From NCBI GenBank assembly GCA_964607295.1, contig CAZSJX010000007.1, positions 18,026 to 82,025 on the forward strand: a stretch of DNA of 64,000 nt, in the 5' to 3' direction. The translations under genes and the position numbers were made by a program. The notes beneath the pieces are model-generated. The model saw only the letters and a program-made list of their open reading frames with translations. It did no database searches and was not told the DNA's origin. Below, piece after piece: positions 57,685 to 64,000 of the stretch. The first letter of the stretch is position 1, and the number at the start of each line of letters is the position of its first letter. The stretch comes from an uncultured Treponema sp. Lineage in GTDB: Bacteria; Spirochaetota; Spirochaetia; Treponematales; Treponemataceae.

Positions 57685-58293
57685 TTATTTTATTTCACCG
57701 ATTTTCTGCAGCCAGGCGACAATTCTTCCGCGGGCTTTGTCTACTGTGTTGCGCGATTCGGAAAATGCGTTTTTTTCAACGCTGGCCTTAGGCTCTTCCG
57801 CCGCAATTGACTGCACTGTGCGCACAAGTCCGCTTCCGCCGTGAACTGTGAACGGAACAATTCTTTTTCCGCTCAAATCGTAGCCGTCAAAAAATGAATA
57901 AAGAATTGGAGGCATATCCGCGTTCCAGATTGGATAGCCAACAAAAACCGTGTCGTAGCCTGCAAGATTCACATTTCCCTTGATTTCAGGTCGCGCGCCT
58001 GCACGCTGTTCCTTCGCAGCTCTTTCAAGAAGAGTCGCATGGTCTGTTGGATAAGCGTCTACCGGCTCAATGCGGAAAATATCCGCTCCAGTTTCCTCAG
58101 AAATCACCTGCGCAACGTACTGAACGTTTCCCAGAGCCTTTCCGTCAATCACAACAAGGCTGTTTTCCTCGTTCCTGGTAAGTCCGCTGGTTTTTGTTGA
58201 TTCCGGAACAGAAAAATACACAACAAGCGACTTTGCGTTTGCCGAAAGTGCAAAAGCCGCGGCAAGAAAAATTGAAAGAACAGTTTTTTTCAT
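57685..58293 (-). CDS. Flavodoxin (flavodoxin_4 type) with signal peptide
   Basis: LVVYFS, DIFRIEPVDAYP, YDTVFVGYPIW, PFTVHGGSG. Confidence 0.85.
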   Translation of the reverse strand: MKKTVLSIFLAAAFALSANAKSLVVYFSVPESTKTSGLTRNEENSLVVIDGKALGNVQYVAQVISEETGADIFRIEPVDAYPTDHATLLERAAKEQRAGARPEIKGNVNLAGYDTVFVGYPIWNADMPPILYSFFDGYDLSGKRIVPFTVHGGSGLVRTVQSIAAEEPKASVEKNAFSESRNTVDKARGRIVAWLQKIGEIK

Positions 58294-58364
58294 AACAAAA
58301 ATTCTCCCTGAAAATAAAATTTTAATGATTGCGATGATTCATTCAGCAAGCCGCTGAAAAAATC

Positions 58365-59441
58365 CTACAGTTTTCGCGCTTTGAGCCAGTTTTCAATCAG
58401 CTGCCAAATCTGCGCGTTGTTTTTTTCCTGGAACATAAAATGGCTGTTTCCGGTGATTCCCATCTCAGGCAAATCCCAGACTTCCGCATCGCCGCCGTCC
58501 GCGCGGTAATGAGCCGCAAAATCCAAAGCCTGGTCGCGGATGTTCTTCCAGAATTCGCTTGATTTTATGTCTTCCGGACCGCGCTCACCGATGTAGTCGC
58601 CAAAAATCACAAGCATAGGAATTTTCGCGTCAAGAAATTTCTTGTATTCTTCTGAGCCGACAATCGGAGTTCCGCCCGGCTCAACTGCAATCAGCGCCGC
58701 CATGTTCTGAGCATCTGTCTGCCAGCCTACGCGTCCGCCCCGCGAATGTGTTACATAAACAGCTTTTTTTCCAGTCATTTTTGCAGCGTCTGAAAGAACT
58801 TCGCTCAACGAGCCGCCAAAAAGCTTTTCATCGTAAGAGCCAGTGTTCGGCGTCATCTGCCTGAAAAACTGGTTCTGAACCGCCTCTCCTTCTGGAAACT
58901 GGCTTCCTTCGTAACGCTCCGGAGCGACCCGCCCGATTCTAAAATGCGTGTACCAAGCCTGATCGCCAGGAAGATACGCAAACGGATCATCCGCCTTTAC
59001 GTCTGGAAAACCGGAAGTCATTTTCACAGAGCTTCCAGCTTCGCCTGTGCGCGGCTGGTCAACAAGAAAAACCGATCTTCCGTTCCGCAAAGCCAAAGTG
59101 CTCCAGCCTTCGCGTCCGTCCGGAGTTGTCATCCAGCCTGTTCTGCTCTGTCCGTAGCCGTGCAGAAAAACAACCGGGCTAGATTTTTCCTTTGCCGGAA
59201 TCTGAAAAAATGTGCTCGCATGGTCAACGTGAGCCGTGTTTCCCTCGCGTGTTGCTGAAAGCCAGTTCGTCCTGAAATCATATTCGCCAGGAAGCGGAGC
59301 CGTTACAGTTCCACCCGAAGCGAAAAATCCCTGTTTTTTTATGCTGAGCGGTTTTTCCGCATACAAAACGCCGCACCCCAAAGCCAGCGCAGCCGCCGCC
59401 GTGAAAAAAATATTTTTTGCGCCAATAAAATTCATTTTCAT
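58365..59441 (-). CDS. Alpha/beta hydrolase family protein with signal peptide
   Basis: FLHGYGQS, PDGREGW, LVDQPRTG, THSRGG, GNSHFMFQEKNN. Start moved to ATG 59441. Confidence 0.8.
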   Translation of the reverse strand: MKMNFIGAKNIFFTAAAALALGCGVLYAEKPLSIKKQGFFASGGTVTAPLPGEYDFRTNWLSATREGNTAHVDHASTFFQIPAKEKSSPVVFLHGYGQSRTGWMTTPDGREGWSTLALRNGRSVFLVDQPRTGEAGSSVKMTSGFPDVKADDPFAYLPGDQAWYTHFRIGRVAPERYEGSQFPEGEAVQNQFFRQMTPNTGSYDEKLFGGSLSEVLSDAAKMTGKKAVYVTHSRGGRVGWQTDAQNMAALIAVEPGGTPIVGSEEYKKFLDAKIPMLVIFGDYIGERGPEDIKSSEFWKNIRDQALDFAAHYRADGGDAEVWDLPEMGITGNSHFMFQEKNNAQIWQLIENWLKARKL

Positions 59442-59557
59442 AAAACGCCGCCTTTTCAAATTTTGAATCAATTTTCAGCCGGACTGAATCCTCAAGCCAA
59501 GTTCAAATCCCTCCAGCTTTTCACCCAGCAAACTTTTCAGCCCGGAAAAAACCGTTT

Positions 59558-60196
59558 CTATCTTTTAATTCCAGTTGAATCAACCCACGAGCGCACTTCC
59601 TGCTCGCCAGCTCTTGTGCCGAATCTTTTTCCGTCAAGCCAGTTTCCTTTTCCGCCCGCAACATCGCGCAGAACTTTGTCGCTTTTTCCAAGCCCGGAGC
59701 TTACCGAAGTGCAGAACGGAACAACCGTTTTTCCGCTCAAATCGTTCTGAGTCACAAAGCCGTTCACAGGCCACGCCGCCATTCCCCACCAGATTGGATA
59801 GCCAACAAAAACCGTGTCGTAGCCGCCAAGGTCAATCACCGAAGAAGCCGCAACTTTCGAGTCAACTTTTTTCATATCTTCCGCAGTCGCCTGGCCGTTT
59901 CCCTTTCCGCCGAAAATTTCATCATGCTCCCTGCAAACCCGGCTGCTCCTGTTTCCATAGTTCAAGTCCGCGCTTGAGTACGGAACTTCGCTTTCAATTT
60001 TCAGCAAATCCGCCCCAAGATAAGCCGCGATTTTTTCCGCAACAGCCTTAGTCGTTCCCGTGTCCGAATAATACGCCACAAGAATTTTCGAGCCGCCCTT
60101 GTTTTCCTTTGAATTATTTGAATCCGCAAACGCCGATGTGCAAGAAAGAGCCATCGCCGCTCCCAAAAAAGCCAGTCCAGACAAAATTTTTTTCAT
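59558..60196 (-). CDS. Flavodoxin with signal peptide
   Basis: ILVAYYSDTGTTKAVA FMN loop, YDTVFVGYPIWWG, PFCTSVSSGLG. Confidence 0.88.
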   Translation of the reverse strand: MKKILSGLAFLGAAMALSCTSAFADSNNSKENKGGSKILVAYYSDTGTTKAVAEKIAAYLGADLLKIESEVPYSSADLNYGNRSSRVCREHDEIFGGKGNGQATAEDMKKVDSKVAASSVIDLGGYDTVFVGYPIWWGMAAWPVNGFVTQNDLSGKTVVPFCTSVSSGLGKSDKVLRDVAGGKGNWLDGKRFGTRAGEQEVRSWVDSTGIKR

Positions 60197-60412
60197 ATTT
60201 TCCTCTTAAAAAAGTCAATGAGAAAGTTTCAACTTTCGATTTGACTGTTTTTCGCCACATCGCAATGAAATGAGAAGTGGCTGTAGATAAAAAAGTTTGC
60301 AACGCAAACTTTAGGTAAGTTAAAAACCGCGCTATTCTAGCGTTTTTTAACTTACACTCCTCCATCAAAAAAAAGCAAATAAATAAAACTCTCCGCAAAA
60401 ATCAGTTCAAGG

Positions 60413-60580
60413 GCGTTGCGTCTTGTCTCCGCAAAGCTCCGCCTTTGCCGCCGGGCTATCCGGGGTTCCAGCATTCGCTTTCATTGCCTCCGCTCTCCGT
60501 TCGCTCCGCTCACTTCAAAGTTTGCAAAGCAAACTTCCGCTCCGGCAACGCGCCAGGCGTGCCCCTACTATCCCTAACGC
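60413..60580 (+). repeat. GC-rich REP-like element, copy 3
   Basis: gggcgtt...gggctatccggggttccagc...cgcaa/ggcaacgcgccaggcgtgcccctactatccctaacgc. Confidence 0.75.
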
Positions 60581-60655
60581 ATCCGCAAAAGCCGATGTGC
60601 AAGAAAGAGCCATCGCCGCTCCCAAAAAAGCCAGTTTAGACAAAATCTTTTTCAT
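60515..60655 (-). pseudogene. Duplicated 5' end of the flavodoxin gene fused to REP sequence (46 aa ORF)
   Basis: 60581-60664 matches 60122-60205 at 79 of 84 nt; reads MKKILSKLAFLGAAMALSCTSAFAD and then runs into REP copy 3. Confidence 0.75.
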
Positions 60656-60670
60656 CTTTTCCTCCAAAAT

Positions 60671-61534
60671 CTACTCGTGGATTTTCCAGGTGTTTATCAT
60701 CTTTACAAACGCCGGATCAGAATGGTTCACAATTTCGCTGTGCCCAATGTCGAGCGCGGCAATTTTTTTCATATCGTCGCCGTCAAGCGAAAAATCCCAA
60801 ACCGCGATATTTTCTTCCATTCTGTTCTTATGCACCGACTTCGGAATCACCACAACACCACGCTGAATGTTCCACCGCAGAACAACCTGGCCAACCGTTT
60901 TTCCGTGCTTCGCCGCAATTTCCGCTAGAACAGGATTTGTAAAAATTCCGTGCTTACCTTCTGCAAACGGTCCCCAAGCCTCAGGCACAACGCCGTAATT
61001 TTTCATCGTTTCAAGAGACTTCTCCTGCTGAAAAAACGGATGCAGCTCAACCTGGTTCACCGCCGGCAAAACCTCAAAATTCTCGCACAAATCGCAGAGC
61101 CTGTCCGGATACATATTGCTCACGCCCACCGCGCGAATTTTTCCTTCCTTGTACAAATCCACCATCGCACGGTAAGAGCTGTAGTAATCGCCGAACGGCT
61201 GATGAAAAAGATACAAATCCAGATACTCAAGCCCAAGCGCCTTCACCGACTTTTCAAAAGCCTTTTTCGTATTCTCGTAGCCGTAATCCTGAACCCAAAG
61301 CTTTGTCGTAATGAACAGCTCCTCACGCTTCACAAGCCCCTCAGAAACCGCACGCGAAATAGCCCTGCCAACCGACTCCTCATTCTGATAAGCCGTCGCC
61401 GTGTCAATCAGACGATAGCCCGAACAAATCGCATCATAAACCGCCTGCTCCGCAACATTTCCATCCGGCACCTGAAAAACCCCAAAACCCAGCCGAGGCA
61501 TCTTCACACCGTTGTTCAGCGTAACAAAATCCAT
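60671..61534 (-). CDS. Aldo/keto reductase (2,5-diketo-D-gluconate reductase-like)
   Basis: MPRLGFGVFQ, IDTATAYQNE, ELFITTKLW, YLDLYLFHQP, VNQVELHP, IPKSV. Confidence 0.93.
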   Translation of the reverse strand: MDFVTLNNGVKMPRLGFGVFQVPDGNVAEQAVYDAICSGYRLIDTATAYQNEESVGRAISRAVSEGLVKREELFITTKLWVQDYGYENTKKAFEKSVKALGLEYLDLYLFHQPFGDYYSSYRAMVDLYKEGKIRAVGVSNMYPDRLCDLCENFEVLPAVNQVELHPFFQQEKSLETMKNYGVVPEAWGPFAEGKHGIFTNPVLAEIAAKHGKTVGQVVLRWNIQRGVVVIPKSVHKNRMEENIAVWDFSLDGDDMKKIAALDIGHSEIVNHSDPAFVKMINTWKIHE

Positions 61535-61555
61535 AAAATCCTCCAGAAAATTTCA

Positions 61556-61690
61556 AGGGCGTTCCCGCGCTTTCGCTCCGCTCAAACGCGGTCGCTATGT
61601 CCGGGGTTCCAGCCTTCGCTTCCATTGCGCCCGTTCCGCATCCGCTCCACAGCCGCAACGCGCCAGGCGCGCCCCTACCAGCGCTAACGC
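61556..61690 (+). repeat. GC-rich REP-like element, copy 4
   Basis: gggcgtt...gtccggggttccagccttcgctttccattgc...gcaacgcgccaggcgcgcccctaccagcgctaacgc, a direct repeat of copy 3. Confidence 0.75.
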
Positions 61691-61837
61691 ACCGTTACAA
61701 ATAAAATATCAGAGGAATAAAAATAAATAAAATAGAAGATTTTTTTAGTCAGTATAAGTTTTAGTTATAGTGAAAAACTATAGTTTATAATCCCAGCATT
61801 TTGATTCAAGCAATTTAATAATGAATTTTTAGCAAGG

Positions 61838-61918
61838 TTCTAAAATTCTGCATTTCGTACTTAAAAAAGCTTCTAAAATTCTGCATTTTTCCCTTGAAAA
61901 CTGTTCTAAAATTCTGCA
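61838..61918 (+). repeat. Three identical 15 bp direct repeats with 33 bp period
   Basis: ttctaaaattctgca at 61838, 61871 and 61904, separated by two different 18 nt spacers. Confidence 0.95.
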
Positions 61919-61928
61919 ATAATTGGAT

Positions 61929-63233
61929 ATGCTCAGACGAAAATTTTATTCATTTCTTGAAGATTGGAAGCGCTCAAAAAAAAACGAGTGCCTTTTGGTA
62001 AGAGGGGCGCGTCAGATAGGAAAGTCCTTTATAATCCGGCAGTTTGGACTGGACAATTACAAAAACTTTATCGAAATCAATTTTGAGGAAAGACCTGAAC
62101 TGAAAAAAATATTTGAAGGAAACCTTGATGTTACCGAACTTATTCGTAAATTTTCGCTTTTTGTAGAAAATGTTGAATTCAAGACAGGGGAAACATTGAT
62201 TTTCTTTGACGAAATTCAGTCTTGTCCGCAAGCAAGAACTTCACTTAAATTTTGGGCTGAGGACGGTCGATTTGATGTTATTGCAAGCGGCTCACTACTT
62301 GGAATCAACTACAAGGAAGTGTCGTCTTTTCCTGTCGGCTATGAGCGGCAGGTGGAAATGCACTCTCTTGATTTTGAGGAATTTTTGTGGGCACGCGGAA
62401 TTTCTGATGAAGTCATTTCGGATTTAAAAAGACATTTTGATGAAAATCTTCCTGTAGAAAAATCCGTAAACGACAAAATGGAAAGCCTTGTTCGCGAATT
62501 TATGGTAATTGGCGGAATGCCGGCTGTTGTAAATTCTTTTCTTGAAACAAACAATTACGGCGAAGTTCACAAAACTCAGATGATGATTCTGGATGCTTAT
62601 CTTAACGACATTGCAAAATACGCACCGGCAAAAGACAAACCAAAGGCAAGAAACTGCTATCTTTCGATACCGAGGCAACTTTCTAAGGAAAACACGAAAT
62701 TTGTGTACGGTCTGGTCGAAAACGGCGGAACTGCGCGGAAATATGCAAACTCGCTTGACTGGTTGAAGGATTCAAACATTGTGCGCTACTGCTACAATGT
62801 CGTTCCTCCGAGTTTTCCCCTGGTAGCTTATGTACGGCAGGAACAGTTCAGGATTTATGCTAACGACATCGGACTTTTGGTCGCAATGTACGGATTTGAA
62901 ATGAAAGCTGCAATTGTAAACGATACGCTTACAGGAACTGTAAAAGGCGGCATTTACGAAAACCTGATTGCTGACTTTCTGCTCAAAAAAAACATTCCCC
63001 TGTTTTATTTTAAACGCGATGATTCTAGTTCTGAAATTGAATTTCTTCTTGAAAAGGAAACTTCTGTTGTTCCAGTTGAAGTAAAAAGTCACAAAGGCTC
63101 TACTTCTTCACTGGATTCTATGCTCAAAAAAAACGACGTGAAATTCGGCTATAAAATAATGAACTGTAACTTGGGAAAAAACGGAAAAAAAATAACGATA
63201 CCGCATTATATGGCAATGTTTCTGGGGGAATAA
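61929..63233 (+). CDS. ATP-binding protein, AAA_14 plus DUF4143 (C-terminal PD-(D/E)XK-like motif)
   Basis: VRGARQIGKS, FFDEIQSCP, IASGSLLG, GGMP, GGIYENLIA, EIEFLL...PVEVKS. Confidence 0.88.
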   Translation: MLRRKFYSFLEDWKRSKKNECLLVRGARQIGKSFIIRQFGLDNYKNFIEINFEERPELKKIFEGNLDVTELIRKFSLFVENVEFKTGETLIFFDEIQSCPQARTSLKFWAEDGRFDVIASGSLLGINYKEVSSFPVGYERQVEMHSLDFEEFLWARGISDEVISDLKRHFDENLPVEKSVNDKMESLVREFMVIGGMPAVVNSFLETNNYGEVHKTQMMILDAYLNDIAKYAPAKDKPKARNCYLSIPRQLSKENTKFVYGLVENGGTARKYANSLDWLKDSNIVRYCYNVVPPSFPLVAYVRQEQFRIYANDIGLLVAMYGFEMKAAIVNDTLTGTVKGGIYENLIADFLLKKNIPLFYFKRDDSSSEIEFLLEKETSVVPVEVKSHKGSTSSLDSMLKKNDVKFGYKIMNCNLGKNGKKITIPHYMAMFLGE

Positions 63234-63396
63234 AACTGAACTGCCCCCAAAATTCCAGGCAGTTTAAGCAGTTATCCCGCTTGGAGTTTTCCAACCAAGA
63301 TTTTGCTGGATACGTTCATTATTGTAATAACATATAAAATCGTCAATAAATCTTTTTCTTTTTTACAAATGCTTCAACCATGTCAACAACTTTTTA

Positions 63397-63747
63397 TTAA
63401 TTTGTTACTTCCTTTTTGATTTTATCAAGCATTCTGTTTACGCCAAGCCGTACTTCTTCAACAATTTCTGCTGCCATTTGGGCGCGGATTTTTTCGTTTT
63501 CGGGAGTTTCTTCTATTATAATGGGTGTTTCGTCTTGCGGAATGAAAAGTTGATAAACTTCTACTTCAAGGGCTTCGGCGATTTTTACGAGATTTTCTGA
63601 ACGCGGAAATCTTCTCATTCCTTCAACATTGTTGATATTTTGCACGGAAACACCGATTTTTTCGGCGAGTGTTTCTTGTGTGAATTTTCCTTTTCTATAA
63701 TATTTTATATTTTTAGATAATGTTTCTAAAAGTTCTTTTTCTGTCAT
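63397..63747 (-). CDS. XRE family helix-turn-helix regulator
   Basis: LSKNIKYYRKGKFTQETLAEKIGVSVQNINNVEGMRRFP...IAEALEVEVYQLF. Confidence 0.88.
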   Translation of the reverse strand: MTEKELLETLSKNIKYYRKGKFTQETLAEKIGVSVQNINNVEGMRRFPRSENLVKIAEALEVEVYQLFIPQDETPIIIEETPENEKIRAQMAAEIVEEVRLGVNRMLDKIKKEVTN

Positions 63748-63750
63748 TAC

Positions 63751-63860
63751 ACTTACATTTTGTAGGTAAAATTACTAAAATAACACTTCCAAAATGAATA
63801 AATAAAATATATACTTACAAATTGTAGGTTTTTATAATCAGTCCGCATTTTGTAAGTATA
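63751..63860. promoter_or_regulatory. Three related palindromic operators between the XRE gene and the divergent RM-like gene
   Basis: acttaca-ttt-tgtaggt (63751-63767), acttaca-aat-tgtaggt (63813-63829), gtccgca-ttt-tgtaagt (63841-63857). Confidence 0.65.
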
Positions 63861-64000
63861 TGGAACAATCAGTACAGGAACATCCGGCAAAAACACAAAC
63901 ATTTCCGTTCTCAGAAAAAATCCTTTCTGTTCTGCTTTTGGACAGAACGACTGGAAAAAATATCCTTTGGGCAACAGATGATTATGCACCGATTAATGCA
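63860..64000 (+). CDS. Start of a restriction-modification-associated methyltransferase-like gene, 3' truncated by the window edge (absent from the ORF track)
   Basis: MEQSVQEHPAKTQTFPFSEKILSVLLLDRTTGKNILWATDDY: the LLxDxTTGKNIxWATD motif is typical of proteins annotated as restriction endonuclease subunit M. Confidence 0.65.
   Translation, partial: MEQSVQEHPAKTQTFPFSEKILSVLLLDRTTGKNILWATDDYAPINA

Noticed and set aside
60413-61690. Integron attC reading of REP copies 3 and 4 (ctaacgc ends)
   Set aside because: The RYYYAAC and GTTRRRY ends are in the wrong order and imperfect; no integrase.
61838-61918. Mini-CRISPR array or plasmid origin
   Set aside because: Repeats of 15 bp and spacers of 18 bp are below CRISPR sizes, and there is no cas or rep gene. 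Kept as a regulatory repeat finding.
63753-63989. 78 aa minus-strand ORF
   Set aside because: It is antisense to the plus-strand frame carrying the DRTTGKNILWATD motif and overlaps the operators.

Overview
This 64-kb window looks like chromosome from a commensal (gut or rumen type) Treponema. The inference rests on the fliG1 / M16 peptidase pair, a TP0733-like beta-barrel, a pallilysin-related protein, spirochaete-type RarA and HrpA, and many lipoproteins. The first ~54 kb is mostly housekeeping: FapA-like gene, gap, rarA, folD-folE2-miaB, a polar amino acid ABC transporter, sufCBDSU, three tRNAs, tyrS, adk, hrpA, galT, asnA, mntP, htrA, fliG and clpB. Variable surface-lipoprotein loci are interspersed. 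One of these is a probable cobalamin-riboswitch-controlled lipoprotein-lipoprotein-TonB-dependent receptor operon, followed by an Rpn/PD-(D/E)XK gene. The last ~10 kb is accessory: a MerR-controlled cluster of mostly signal-peptide-bearing hydrolases, a cupin, flavodoxins and an aldo-keto reductase. It ends with an AAA_14/DUF4143 ATPase with a 3 x 15 bp repeat leader (33 bp period), an XRE regulator and the start of a restriction-modification-like gene. The non-coding sequence holds three separate repeat systems. The first is a ~180 bp tandem array that re-copies the gap 3' end and terminator. The second is a family of six dispersed fold-back MITE-like elements with conserved arms and variable centres. 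The third is a GC-rich REP-like family of four copies in the accessory cluster, twice next to orphan signal-peptide fragments. No database searches were run; product calls come from recognised motifs.
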